DNA from: Perkinsus chesapeaki ATCC PRA-425
Taxonomy: Eukaryota; Protista; Perkinsozoa
Assembly: GCA_013115145.1 (NCBI GenBank)
Contig: JAAPAO010000113.1
Coordinates: forward strand, 1 to 64,000
Length of the DNA: 64,000 nucleotides
Reading direction: 5' to 3'
Positions 21,828 to 36,314 of this stretch are shown here, piece by piece. A program made the translations under genes and the position numbers. Positions within the stretch are counted from its first letter, which is position 1. Every line of letters starts with the position of its first letter. The notes beneath the pieces were generated by a model, which worked only from the letters and a program-made list of their open reading frames with translations, ran no database searches and was not told the origin of the DNA.

Positions 21828-24800
21828 TCAATCTTCGAAACGTTGCTCATCAAGCGACTGTGCTAAATGAGCCAGTTCTCCGGACGATATACCATCCGCT
21901 CTAGCTGACGCAAAAACTCTGCCCTCGATGTCGCGCCAGACCAAGAAAAACCCATGGTAACTAAATACAAAAACAGAAGTAAAGATGTGTGCGGAAGCTT
22001 TGTTGCGCAAAGTTCCTCTTCCTCAAGTCATAGAAAGTACTACTCAGGCTGAATGACGCTACATTCAGCAAGAACCGGCAATGTCAGTGTTTCGGAGGGA
22101 GCCTCTCGCTAGACACTCTACTTGGTAGAGCCCATACCCTTACCCGGTAACTGGCAGATCTCCCTCCACAATCTCAGCTATGAAAGTATTGACACCACTA
22201 TCAAGTACGACCTTTCTTCCTGAGACGGCGCGGACTGATGCCAATAATAGAGAAGTATCTTCAAAACAACTTCACCATTGGACAACAGCGACCACTCACC
22301 TCCTCCGTCTGAATATCCATCGCTCATTTGCCGCGTCCCACCACCTTCTCGAGCCTCTTGGGACGCTCCGATAAGATCTTCAATTTCCTCAATTTCGCAC
22401 GATTGCGCGGCGTTTTCGCTGCCACTACTGAGAGTGATTGCGCTCACTGGAGTGATCTCTGTAATTCTCTGTATCCCTCCTTCATCTTCCATTGGCTGCG
22501 TGACAGATATCTCCGATGCCTCAGCCGTCCGAACCCTCTTGGCCAGTCGCAGTTCGCTGGGTTCTCCTGAACCACACGAGCTACTCTGCGGCCTCTCCTG
22601 GAGGGGCCCTGCGCTAACAGCTCTGCATTCCGTCCGGTCCTGTGATGACGTAAGCTCTTGTTTCACTGCAGGGGGGCAGTGAAGCATCGTCATACTCGTA
22701 CTAGATGGATGAATGTATGAAGGTACACCCCGATTAACATTCTGATTCGTCGGCCGTACTGTATTGGTTGCCAAGGGGTTTTGACATCCCATCGACGGAG
22801 CCATTTGCCCATGGTTATCATATGAGCTTGATGTAGCCGTAGACACTCGCTGCAGACTCGACCTTGATACATGATCATCATCACCGAATACAGGCAGAGA
22901 AGAAGCCCCTCTGGACAAGGTAGCTCTGGCCTCGCCTGGCTGGTGGACTGCGGAGCTCGCTACGCTATTAGACGGCATAGTCCCACCGAATATACCATCG
23001 TTCGGACCACTGTTGGGCATACCATTATGACACCTGTCTCTAGTATCGGCCATGGTCTGCGGGTCTAGCTGAGCTCTGGCTTCTCTGCCACCTTCGGTGG
23101 CTAGATTGGGCTGTGGCGCGGCAGATGCTGTCTGCGTGCTTGAGCGGGAAATCGGTTCCGAATCGGTGGGAGCAGCAAGTCGTAGAGGATCCGCTCGAGC
23201 TATCTTTTCCGAAAGTGATCGCTTATAACTGATCTGCAACTGTGGGCAGAATCCACCGAGGAACTTCACGTGACACGGATACAAAAGAACGCATGCCGCG
23301 CACACGTCGGGGGACCCTAACTAGAAAATGAGAGGACAGGCAGAGCTCGAAGCTCACCAGAGATAATTAACTTTGCTCCTGGCAACCTGCCAAGCTGCTG
23401 TGGTATCTCGTTGATAAAGACGACCTCTATCGCTGTTATGCGGCGGACCCCATCAGTAAGCATCATTTTCAAGACTCTGTTCTTGGAGCCGTTCGAGCCT
23501 GGCAGCAGGGACATAAGGAAATCAAATGTTACCCAGAAGAAACGCATATGAAGTTGGATTGGTCAGGGAGAATATTTCCTAACAAAATTTATATTGTATA
23601 GTATCTCCGCAGTGAGAACACTTTTCGGCCCCCGTGGAAAACAGTATTAATGCTTGAGGCCCGAGTAACGATGTACCTCTCGTAGCTGAAAGTATCTCGT
23701 AAAGTGGTGAAGAATGACCCTATAGCTATCACGAGGGACAAGACGCCCTGAAGGATCCTTTTAATGATCATAATACAATATATGAACGTCAGAATAGAAA
23801 TGCCACTGATGGGGTGAAATGCAGACGTTGAGGCGCATCCTCTTTACTTTCAGTTGCTTCGTCTATAACAGCGTTGGCGGTATCATCAGCGAAAGGATCA
23901 GGTGAGCTCGTTGTTGGTAGTTGATGAAACTTGATTGGCTTTGAGACGTCTACAAAATCTTCAATCATTACGAAGTGGCGACCTGGTAGCACCTACCATT
24001 GAAGGAGTCGACGACGAACGATCAGAGTGAACAGGACCGAGCTGGAATGTAACTATTTCATTAGTGTAAGATAAGCTCAATAATATCGATAACTATTCCG
24101 CCTTACAATATATCAGTTACTAATTGTAAATAATATATGAAGTGTCGTGAAAAGCTTACGTCCGTCTTTGCTTCGCTCAATCAAAAATGCTAGTGTTGGC
24201 ACACGACCTCAACTAGGTAAGATGGTTCACGTTCAGAATCAACCAAAACAACTATACTGAGATCTGAAGTCCTCATAGACTTCTAAAAAGGTTGATGTCA
24301 TTCGACAAATCCATTCAACACCATTGCAGAGCAATATATCGAATGATTAGTCCAACTTTTGGACACAAACTAGTAGGCAATCAAACGGCTACAGAGTGAA
24401 TGACCTACACCATCTTGTCCTAGTTGAGGCAAAGACCCCGCGGCTATACAGTCAGCTAGGTGACTGTTCATCAAAGCAGACAGCCCCGCATTTACCTGAG
24501 CAAATAAATTCAGATACTTCAACGTGGGCAACCTTCACAGAGTGGTAACCGGCGTCTTGCGTTAATTCTATGTACTTTATTTATTAAAGCGCGGCGAAGG
24601 CTGCCCAAGAAAATCAGCACTTCTTTTGATATCCTCGGGACGGGCACTATGTGTTTAAAACAAAGGAGTTACCGGAGGAGCTTTGATTAAGTTATGTTAA
24701 ATGTACTCTCACCTAACCCACTGCACTCACATCATCACCGACACTCTCAATCCACTCAGGCTTGGGCGACAGACCGAGCTCGGCGACTTTAGCCGCAAGC

Positions 24801-24835
24801 ATGCCTACCTCAGAAACTGATAGGACAGCAATCAT
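21828..24835 (-). CDS. RMI1: RMI1-like protein (DUF1767/RMI1_N OB fold) with long low-complexity region; exon limits approximate
   Basis: N-terminal GLSPKPEWIE, then LPGRHFVMIEDFVDVSKP and NRVLKMMLTDGVRRITAIEV..I..L...PGAKLIISG, matching the RMI1/TDRD3 OB-fold consensus. A large exon lies within ORF 22178..23305. Confidence 0.65.
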
Positions 24836-25148
24836 TTCGAGCCTGTGATAGGCTCTCAGCGTGGTGATTGTCTGTTTAGTGCGATGATGGCTGTGATTTT
24901 TCATACCGTATTTCTCTCAACTTCGCGATTCAAGTCACTCGAATAGGTTCAATTCTTTATCTTGATTTTGTCATCACCGAGTGTTACGTCTAACAACTTG
25001 AAACACAAGGTGCAATCCATACAGGAACTTTGTGTACATACTATGCTACTGCCGACAGCAAGAGTGAGAGAGATATACGAAAAAAAACACTGAAGTATCT
25101 TAGTGGCACTCAGTATGCCAGCAGCAGCAGCCGAGCTCGGTCTCATTG

Positions 25149-27715
25149 CTACGAGGAACCTTCCAATCGACGTAACGAGTCGAGGTCGGGATACCGCACT
25201 CGAAATCCTCCAATCATCCGCTCTGGTAACTCATCCTGGCATACAAGCAATAATATACCCATGCCTATGAATACTAATCCCATAGCTTCATCAAACTCAA
25301 ATTGATAAGTGTAAATCGATGTTGAAGAATTAACCAAAACATAGGCTTTGAATGCTTGAAATGCTACGAGTCCAACGACTTCCCATCATTGCTTTTGCGG
25401 CTTAGTTAGGCCACAAATAGTACAATATCTAATTTTATTTTTATGTTAGACACACAGTGTGTTTAAAGCCCGCCACCACTAGTTGTGGTTCGACCGGATC
25501 CAACGGAAGTTGCGATAGTTATATTGAGTAGTCTCACCCGTACTTTGTGCAACTTTCCAACAACTCGGTCCAAAAGTTCGACTATTAACTCACACACGCC
25601 TTAAATGGCCCTGCCAATCCATGAGATTTAACTGGTCCTGTAGTAGCGCTCAATGGCATACACAATGGGTTAGCTAGATACTGTTATTTTATAAGCATGA
25701 GCAGGGATAGTGTCTTTAATACTTACATCAGATTCACCCTCTATCACAAAACCTATATCAATAACAAGCTTCTTAGCGGCGTCGGTAACCTAATAAGATA
25801 CTAAACAACAGGAAGTCATCGAATGATACAAAATGTTAGTCGAATGATTCCATTCCGGCCGTCGGAATCCCTGGGGGTGCTCTAGGAACATATTTTGGGA
25901 AAGAAAGTCACCACCGTATCCCCCTATTTTAGCATTTTTCATAAGACCAGATGAATCCCTGCAAAGATTCTATTCCCCACATGACTCACCAATGAGACTA
26001 TATGTCGTGCCAATTGGCTTGAATAAACATCGATCGACACCTCCATATAGCGGTAACCATCAAAGTACTGCGTATCGATCTTAGTACCGATTATGGCAGG
26101 GGTCTCGCCAATAGCCTACACCAAGAACATATGGCGTTGCAATGTCAACTTAGGCTCGAGGTAAGGTGAAAAATGAACCGTAATTTCGTAAGATTCTTCC
26201 AAAAATTTCATTCTGTCACGGACAAGTTTAGCATCACGAAGTTTTCCCGAATTGATCTGAATTATTCCGTAATTTCCCAATCGCGAATTCCGGCCACAGA
26301 AGCTCGCCATGTGCATGCGTGCTTACTCGTTTCACAATCCAAGGTCCCTCAACAACACGGGGAATAACTTTCAAACGCTTGTTGCGCTCCTCGGTGTCCA
26401 TAGCAATAAATCGGTGGAATAGTCTAGCATAGGGCTGAAAGGGGGGCAAATAGAGGATCAACTAAAGAGGCATATCTTACTTCGTCCGCTGTGAAAATGT
26501 CACCACGAAGGTCTACAGTAAAAGTGAGAACGAACTGAACAGGTGTCATTTGCCAGTTAATAACGAATACGAACCTGCTGGTGGAATGATACACTCACTG
26601 CAGTGTTGAATCGTAATACTTCATGAGTCACTAAAACCGGAAGTGCACTTTAAACCCTCTCACAGCTGTGACTGTGTCCATATTATCAGTATAGGAATGT
26701 ACACTCACTTCTTGGGATTCTCCTTCCATATCCGATGAGCTTCACATCGACTATCATTTACTGCACACGGAACTGCTCGAGAAGTCTGGAAGGCGTCGAA
26801 AGATTCTACACCAACAAGCGCTATCATTTCACTTCGTAAAATATCGCTCTTCTGCGTCACCTAAGGTCATCAAGGCCGGTCCGCTGGGGAACTTTTGTTG
26901 GTCGTATTGATACAGATCGCCCCGAACGTTCATTGTTGTGCAATCGAGTCTGTCCCTATGGCAAAAACAACGTGTAGGATGCGCCGCCAGTGTGGTTGGG
27001 TTAACACCGACGAAAAAAAATGCGACTACGCTTCTTCAACAGAATTGAAATATACAATTGTATATATATTACTCTTATATATAGGCGATTTCTCTATGTA
27101 ACGATTTTCTTTGTTCAACCATTACTCAGAGCCTAATTCTAATATCATAATGATGAAGCATTAGAAAGAGCTCACGAAGAGCTTCAAGTTGGTACCTTAC
27201 TTCACTCGTAACTTTCACGCGCCCAAAAATATGAGGCATGGGCCATTTTTTTCGCATCACCCTGTATATTTTATATATTGCTGATTGTATACAATTGTGC
27301 TCTTAAAAGTAGTTGTGTAAGATGTATCCTCCTTTATCGTTCGCTTAGTACTTTTCTACTCACTACAGAACCCCACCAAAACGCCCCCCTGGAACTTATC
27401 AGCTCATAGTTAAGATACTCTCAACTCTCAAAAACATCAACGGCTCGGAATTCTTGCCATCCGGGAGACTCACCATGTGTTTTCAGCTGTCTCATCGCTG
27501 CTCCACTGCAGTACACCATGCGGGGACCCATCCCGACTGGCCGATGTCGATGAAGATGCCGTCGTTCCTGATAACAATGACCTGCCAGCCCCCAGCTATT
27601 CGGGCTGGCCCTCACCATAATAATGTTGCTGAAGATGACGTTCCCTTTTATCGACTTCCTCATCATCACCATTTACCGAGTCCTCAACACTGCCCTCCAT
27701 CGCAGGTGCAAACAT
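25149..27715 (-). CDS. EDR2 C-terminal domain (DUF1336) protein, copy 1; multi-exon, 5' end uncertain
   Basis: Exon peptides ENTW, TMNVRGDLYQYDQQKFPSGPALM, AHRIWKENP, WQMTPVQFVLTF, RNKRLKVIPRVVEGPWIVK, DELPERMIGGFRVRYPDL*. Confidence 0.8.
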
Positions 27716-28245
27716 ATGGTTAAACTCGTATACGAAAACTAAGCGGTACTATCTCTGACATAATCCTACCTACTATGTTACAGATTGCTAAGATCTACTA
27801 GATTAATCAGATATCCGATTGATCATATGAATCCGAACAGCTACGATCATCGGGGTTGCTCATGAGCTAGATAACGTCACTGGCTCCCTCTTGGCGTTAA
27901 TATCCTAATTTATTAGGTAGCCAAATATAGATACTTCACTAACAAGGTGCCCATGACCTAGACGAGAATAGGTCATCCTTGAATGTACTTGATAGTTCAT
28001 TTAATCTTTATGACTATACAGAATTCGTGCCAAATCGACAAAGCTCTGCTCAACTGGAAAACGCAACCATAAAGATAAGATAGATGCGAAAAGCTGCAAT
28101 TTTATGGCGCGTGAGAACTCGCCATAAAGCCCGTGATAAAGTATAAACAGTTTTTGGATTAATCTTACATTCGAAAAAATGGTCTACATTTGTCAAGAGA
28201 ATCTTCATGTCGACCGCGTAAGATACCAAATAGGTTAAATCAATG

Positions 28246-31200
28246 CTAACTCTCATCTGTCACCGCACCGCACTGCACTCGGCGTGTTAATGTCAAATCA
28301 GGATATCGTATTCTAAACCCTCCAATCATCCGTTCTGGTAGTTCATCCTAAATCGATCAGCTGGGCGAGCGCTAAATTCATGCATACAGTCTACCTCCGC
28401 TTGGCCTTCAATCACAAAGCCTACATCGATAACTAGCTTTTTAGCAGCACCCACAACCTGAACAACATCATATCGCATTAGTCAGCCCAACAGCAGCTCA
28501 TGCGGAAAATGTTCATTTCAAACGTAATGTCAGTTTCTCAAGCGTTTCAAGTCATAGTCGAAGTCATTGGGAGGATTAATTCCACCTCGGAAGATTCACA
28601 ACAGCATGGATAATCTTACCAGAGACAAGGTGTGCTTGGCAGCAACGCTTGAGAATACGTCAATGGATGCTTCGACAAAGCGATCGCCAGAGTGATGTTC
28701 TGTAATGAGCTTTCGACCGATAATGGTGGGCGTTTGGCCAACTGCCTGAAGTAGAAAAGCTCTACATGTTACTGACGATCAGTTCATGAGGGGAAGGAGT
28801 TGCTCCGAATGGCTTTCCACCAGAGGTAGACTGGGGACACTCAAGCGGGATAGAATGTCCTCCCTCCGGTCTGCGCACTGTAAATATTGTGAGAAGTATC
28901 CTTTAACGGTTTCATACACAGCTAATATACACCGCAAGTACATGTATATGAAGCATTGGCAACGCTGCTCGCCAGTCCTGTTGATGCGAGTATCTACCCC
29001 TACCCCCGATCGGTAACATCAACTTCTATCGCGGATTCCCCCCTCAAGTGAAATGCGGATCTTACTTTCTTAACAAGCCATGGCCCTTCAACGACTCGAG
29101 GGATAACTTTCAACTTGGAGTTCTTATCATCATCACCGTCCAACTCTATATACCGACGGAATGCTTTAGCATATGGCTGAAATAACGTCAGTGGGAATAG
29201 AACCAGGGTCAAAGGGTTACGAAACAACCTCCTTAACTATTAGACTAACCTTATCCGATGTGAAGAGGTCGTTATTCAAATCCACAGAGTACGTCACAGC
29301 GAGCTGCAGTGGAAACATCCTCCAATTGATCACGAAGTAGAATCTGCACAAATCCTTTCAGAATCCTCGACACTGCAATTGAAATACCAAAAAACCTATA
29401 TGATACTTTGAAGAAATAGAAGAGATAAAAGAATCTCCAAAACTGTTCCAAAAAAAGTCCTAGACTCGATTCCCTCAGAACTTATCCCGTCAAAGCAGCT
29501 TATACAAGCTGACACACAAGGTTCTCTTGTGCGAGTTTATTGAGCAATTCTAGGAAGCTTTCTCAATTTGCGTTTCCCTACCTCTCAGGGTTCTTCTTCC
29601 AGAGCCAATGAGCTTTACAGTGTGGGTCCTGAGTTGCACAGAAGATCTCTTTATCGGTGTAAAAGAGGTCGAATGAATCTAAAACGGCAATAATAGCTAC
29701 AATGTCTAATCACCACAATGCGAGCTTCTGTGAAACATTTTTGAAGTTGCCGCCGTGAGATGTCAAGAAATAATGGTGGTTCGGCCACCCTAACTTTGGG
29801 ATTCGGTTCACTGAAGCATTTCATAACGACGACCGACGACTCGCTAGCATTCTGCCCAACGCATACGTACAGATTATGCTCCAATTACTCCCAGTAATGG
29901 AACAACGGATGCGCACTACTACTAGATACTCATATACTATAATATTTTTATATGGTATGATATTTATATCTGTACTGTGATCTAAAAAGTTATAATATAT
30001 ACTTTAATAAATAGTAATAATAACAGTAATACTTTATCCATATAAATACATATATTTTATTAATAATATCCACAGCTTTCTCTCCTAATCTCCAACCACG
30101 AGGTTACTCATCAGTATACTCCAGATTCTCTAAGCTCGGGAGGACATACGACACGAATACCCAAGTGGAGTGGTTGCTATGCTTCAACTACAGAATTATC
30201 TTCATCATACTCACGGCGCAAAGTCTGTCTATTGGTTAAAGGGACTACCAACTACCGGATTTCCCGACTTGGCATATAAATAGATACTAGACACCCACCT
30301 AATCTCATGATAGCTTCATCACTTGCCTCCTTCAATCTGTCAGTTAGATAGCTCCCGCCTCTCACTTGCATCGTCGAACAGTCTATACAGTCCCTGAAAT
30401 ACGTTACCATATAGAATACCAACAATAAGGATATTATTATCCTGTTTCTATAGCATAGATCATAACCTACTATCGTTCCCTCATCCACCCTAAAGTGTTA
30501 TTTTTCTTAAATTGAAAAAATCGTTCATTCGAGAGAGCATATGACTCCCCGATCAAACTGATACATATAATGGATTTACCATCACCACCTTACCATGTGT
30601 TTTCAGCCTTATCATCCTCGCTCGGCTGAGGCCCCTCCTCACTATCAAGAATATCTTCGACTTTAATAACTGCCTCACCACTTCTGCTGACCTTTCCGTC
30701 AACTTCTTCATTCACTAATCGGTAATGTAAAACATTAAACGTCTCCAAGCTCACTTTTGCCGCTGTTTTTTCTCATTCTCCTGAACTTCTCCGCCTCACC
30801 GTCACTTTCCTCGCCTTCCGAAGCAGAGTAGTATTCAGCTTCATCCATTTCCAACTCCGCACCTAAACAACTCATACCGACTTCTCCACAAACGCTCCAA
30901 CATTGCTAACCTAGCGGAGGGAATTCAATCGGTTTCACTTGCTCCTCTTCATCTAGTGCCTCGGCGACCTTCCCGTCGGCATTCGAAGGCTCGGACACTA
31001 CAAGCGCCAACAAGAGGTTCCAACACACGTCGACGGAAACATACCTTTCGCAGCAGCAGAAGCCTGCTTCCGGTGTACCCAGTGAGCATGAACCAACGAG
31101 CTCGACAGGAACTCGGTAACGTCTTCCCTAAATAAAACCAATCAGCTGGTTCGGACAGAAGATAAGCTCAATGGTCAGATAAAAACACTTCTTTAGCTTC

Positions 31201-31732
31201 ACACTAGTGCACGGGCCAAACTTATAGTAAATAGTCAGTCGGTTACCTTCTGAGGAAGTTCGTGATCCAATCTGCGGTGTCGCTAACCCTTCGATCAGCA
31301 AGCGTGGTGCCACCTTCCATAAGACTGCTGCCAGATCGGCTCCTCTGACCCTCCCCAGCAGCCGACTTATCATGACGGTTATGATGGGTACTGCTACTAG
31401 TACTACTACCTGAACGAAGAACCACTGTTATAGTCGCCACTATGACACGCTATGGCGAAACCATATAACTCATTTTCAGAGCGCAAGTGCTTTGATCAAA
31501 CTCCGAGGTGAGAATGAATGAGCCATCAAGACCTCTCCACCAGGAATCGCGAACGTGTAATGAAGACCGAAAGACAGGAATTGTGTCGGCCCCACCAGAA
31601 GTTCTTAGGAACTCAGACTTGATGAGGTTCATTCGATGATAAATATTCAACAACTTACTTGTAGGGGGGCTGGTGGCAGTTGAACGAATGATGACCACAG
31701 TCTCTAAGACTGTAGGGAAGACTCCTCGACAT
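28246..31732 (-). CDS. EDR2 C-terminal domain (DUF1336) protein, copy 2, with longer acidic/low-complexity N-terminus; 5' end uncertain
   Basis: Exon peptides ENTW, TMQVRGGSYLTDRLK, FDLFYTDKEI..AHWLWKKNPERFYFVINW, KNSKLKVIPRVVEGPWLVKK, KKLVIDVGFVIEG, DELPERMIGGFRIRYPDL. Stop TAG at 28246-28248. Confidence 0.8.
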
Positions 31733-32158
31733 CTAAAAACGGTAGACAAATCGACGACACGTCAATGTATAAAGAGAGACGTGCTGTGGCAGCAGTAAGC
31801 ATTTAAAGAAGGAAGTAGTGACCTGAGCAGTGCTACAAACTGATTTCAGTGTATCATTAAGTATCGACTATCCCTTCAGCATTCTTTCGTTGGTTTAATA
31901 GTTTAATAATCCAGTCTAATCTTAACTTCCTTATTCTCATAATGAAGTATTATTATACACATTTGATAATATCTTTATAAATAATAAAGTGATGCTGGAT
32001 AATACGAATAGAAATGAAATTAATGAATCCTGACCGTCATAACAGATGGCCACGAGGCACCAAGAAAGAGGCTAAATTTCAACGCTCAGTGCTCAGATCC
32101 GAACCCTGTTGAAACGGCTCGGACAAGTCACCTCTGCACACGAATCAAAATTTCCATC

Positions 32159-32283
32159 GTGCTAGAAACTGTTCCCCTACGGCCAAGAATATGGCTTTAG
32201 TTCTCCCAAAAGTTCTGAGTGCTAGAAACTGTTCCCCTACGGCCAAGAATATGGCTTTAGTTCTCCCAAAAGTTCTGAGTGCT
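32159..32283. repeat. Exact 60-bp tandem duplication
   Basis: Lines 32161-32220 and 32221-32280 are identical. Confidence 0.95.
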
Positions 32284-35200
32284 CCGTCTCATTCTGCATG
32301 CTGCACTTCTCACCTCTGAAGGACATTTTCCGGATCAACATCACCTTCTTGCCATCGGTCAAGGAACTCTGCATTACAGAACGATACAGCCTAAAAGTAA
32401 ATGAATCACGACACTACAGGACTGGTTACCTTATGAACCGTTTCACCTCCAAGGAATCTATACAGCGGCACCAGATGAATCTTTATCAGCATTATACCGC
32501 GATGACGCTTAGCCTGACATACACACACATTCGGAAACAGACTTTTAAAAACAAGAATGTGATTTTCGGGAGGGCGGAGTAAATCCTCTGAACCCTGTGT
32601 TCCTCCGTGTATTCTACAATTGGAAGCTTTGAGTCGCGATAAAGTGGTTACTATTGCGATTCACTTTCACCAATACCCGTCATCTGCCTATTTAACGCAT
32701 CAAAGGTCGATGAGGTAAAGATATTTTCTAGCTTACCTTGTCCTTCTCCGCTCGTACAAGATACTGTCGTTGCACCCATGGGGAGAATGACATTACGACC
32801 TCATCAAGTATCTTTTCAAGTCGAACCGCCTGTTGTGTTATCCTCACATTATCGCCAGTATTCACTAAATTGCAATCAATAATAGAATCTCGTCGACTGT
32901 CAGAGCTCTACCCGCTCGCTGTATATGTGGTAGAGACTCTTCAACTTGTAGCTTCGCCCAGCTAACCAAGAACTTCAGTCGTTTCAAGCCTGATTGAGCG
33001 GGGAGCAATCGATGAAAAACAAAGACAACGATTAATCCAAAAACGTTGATATGCCGGACGCCGCTGTACCAACCGACAATATAGGATTGGAAGTACTGCC
33101 ATACAGGCAGGTGACCCCCTCAAAAAATATGATTTTCGAATAACCTTCCCAGGAAGCTGAATCTTTGGGCAACACATGCGACGTTCAAAAGGTCCTGGGA
33201 GTGAATTCCTAATGGTGAACGACCCATGATCATGATCGATAGGGCTGGCGGACAATCTAAGTTTAAAGATTCGGCCGTTGAATTCTTAGCCCCGTCTTTT
33301 TACTCGGTCGACCACCAGAAAGTATGCTCTCAACTTCACTCGATCTTCCTGAAAAGGGGAGAAGTACTGCAAGAAGTCATCCCTAGGGGGCCTTTAACTA
33401 TCATATTCAGTGAAATTCCAATATAGACAAGTTAAGAACTCGATTATTCTAATATAAATTGGAGGCTTGGCACTGAAAGTAATACATCACTCTAAGAATG
33501 ACAAGTATGACAGATATGTCCAAGTTACTTGGTACAGTGTATGTTTATGTGGTAAATGGTCGCAACATAGTAAGCAATAGAAGAAGGCTGTGGCCCTCCC
33601 TTCTCGAGAGTTTGAGTTAGATGACCGAACCCAATAATGAGTATGAGTAGCTGCTGTCCGACAGCTGCTGCTGATGTTGGAAAGATGCTACTGTTGCCTT
33701 CCGGTTACCCCCTGACCTTCCTTACAAGGGGTTGCCAAACAGGGTGGAAGAACTCGGTGAGCTGCTGGAGTGAAGTATTATAATTATACAAATTAATATC
33801 AACTAAGTTGGTCTAGTTAGATCTTGCAATGGTGTAGTTAAGAAGCAGGTTGATGATACCACAAAGCATAGCGAGTCTCCCTCTATAATTCGAGCCAATG
33901 ATCCACCACCACTTAACCGTTATGAACATAAACTATTATCCAATATTACCGTGGTGATGTCCCCCTGCTTTATTGTTGTTGTCTATCCTACTACTGCCAC
34001 TGCCTTCACTGCCAAATATGGTCTTACTGACATCACCCGAATGATCACTTGTACGCATGTCGCCTTCTGCCTGAGAAGGGATAATCATCGATAATTAGAA
34101 ATATAAACATATCGAGAATCACCATTCATACTTCATCTCCAACTATTGTCATATCAGTTATTATAATCAACGCCGACCAATTCTCAGGTTTACAATTCTA
34201 TTATTATTAATATTCCACCACATTAAGCGACGACGATTATTATGATAAACTAGGCTACCACCACGGGAACTCAATCCATCACATTTAAAACATAACCGTG
34301 CTAGCGTTCGAGCAGCAGCTATCACAGCTATAGCTGCTACTAGCTACTTCTTTGAAACAGGTGACTATGTGCTACCACTACTCGAAGGAACTTTGAAAAC
34401 GGCTTTCTCGGCTCGATGAGGAGGAGGAGATACGAGTTTCAATATTTCGGCAAGTACGTCCAGCAGTTAATGAAACGCTATGGAAAGGCCGCTTTCAAAG
34501 GCCGCAAAGGAAGCCTTAATGGAATCTCAAACGCCCTCCTTCTTAGCGGCCCAACATCTGAGCACTATGTAAACATAAGGTTAGGAGGAGGAGGATCCAG
34601 CGGAGAATCACACTGCTATGTCCGATCATCATTCACGAACTAGGCCTAACCCGCGCCCTCTATATTACAGCTTTAACTTCCCTCCTGCCTTTATCTCTCA
34701 TATACTTCCATGCCGTCCCAGCCCCTACAGCTGCAGCACCGGCTACTGCTAATGGTGATGCGAAAACCTACAACAAAGAACAACAGGAATTTAGTCTACT
34801 TAACGTGGTCGAACATGACCCAGCATCCACCTTCTTCTATAATCCCTACTAGGGACCGTTATTCATATTATAAAATGATTATATATGATTGATTCCTACT
34901 AATACTGGCATAATGACTATTATTCTAAAGCCCTTATCCGCTTCACAGACTTAACGAAAAGTGCAACTGCTGCTGCTCATAATCGGCATTATAATTCAAT
35001 TCCTATAATGACCAAGTTCACACACATTCATCGTTCACAGGGCGACAGCCTGTCTCGCCTAGCAATTGAGGGCAAGTTATTTCAGATACCGCCACCCTGA
35101 CGAACTCGGTGAGCTCTTTCTAAAGATCGTGAGCGATAACGAAACAAAGGGGAAGCTGCCTGATTATCGGCATGCTCCCCTCCTCCTTAAACTACCATAA

Positions 35201-36314
35201 AGCTTCCGACTGCGGCAGCAACTCCTCCTGCAGCCCCGCCGATATAACCTAAAATGGTAGTAGCTCTTCCACTGGTAGCAGCAGCGGTTCCGGTACTTTT
35301 CTGTTTTCCTTCATTCTTTAATGAGGCAAGATACTCCTGTTCATATTCATCGTCAGTATCCTTCTCCCAGCTTTTACCTACCAATATTCGATTCAGTTAT
35401 CCCAGTATAGCAACTGCCACCGCCAGCTGCAGCTGCTGGCCGGTCGCCTATCGAATTCGTATAGTCTATCGATTTACTATGTTCAACCAGCATTAAAGAG
35501 TAACATACCGGCCCCTTCTCAAGCCCCACTACTTCCTTTTCGCTTTGCCTTCTCTATCTGTGATACTATTTCCTCTTCTATCCGTTCATCATCCTTCCCT
35601 TGGTTAGCGTCCTCCTTTGATGACTCACTGGGCATTAAACTGCAACTCTGCACTGGCCTTTACGAACATGTGACACCTCTAGCACCTCTATTCACCCATT
35701 TTAAAGTACACCGTCCAAGTAAAGAGGTTATCTCACTGAAGAGCCTTCGATACTACTGATGCTGGGAAAACTATAACGCTTGATCGAATTAAGTTACTAA
35801 TGCAGAAGTTGAACTCATCAGTCTGATAGGAAATATGTAACAAGGACATATAAGGTTGTTGTTTTCCCTACAGGAATATTTCATCATCATTCACAACTAT
35901 GGGTAAAATGCGAATTAGGTGTCATGATTCCGCTCTCGCCAGGAGAACTTGTTGCCAGTGGACATAAAGATACCACCGCGGTCGACTTTTCAGCGCCGCT
36001 GGGGTGGTTTAGTTTGGGAAATACTCAAACTCAATGACATTATATTACATCACATCCTTATTGTCATGATAAATATTTTATTTATTTTTTCAACAGGTAT
36101 ATAAATCTAAACAAGTGATAATAAATACAACAGGTGAAGAGAGCCTTCCAATTCATTATTCGTCATTATTAATAATTCCCACATTTACGCTGCAATAAGA
36201 TAAGGCTCGAATAGCGTCACCTTTTCCTCAAAACATGCTCCTAAGGCGACATTTTTTAAAAATACGTTACAGAAATCCACCCCTGTGGACCTTTGATACA
36301 TATCAATCTACAGT

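Noticed and set aside
33500-35700. Short Ala/Gly-rich and acidic coding-like fragments (e.g. 35187..35384)
   Set aside because: Interrupted by stops and not linkable into a model; possibly pseudogene debris.
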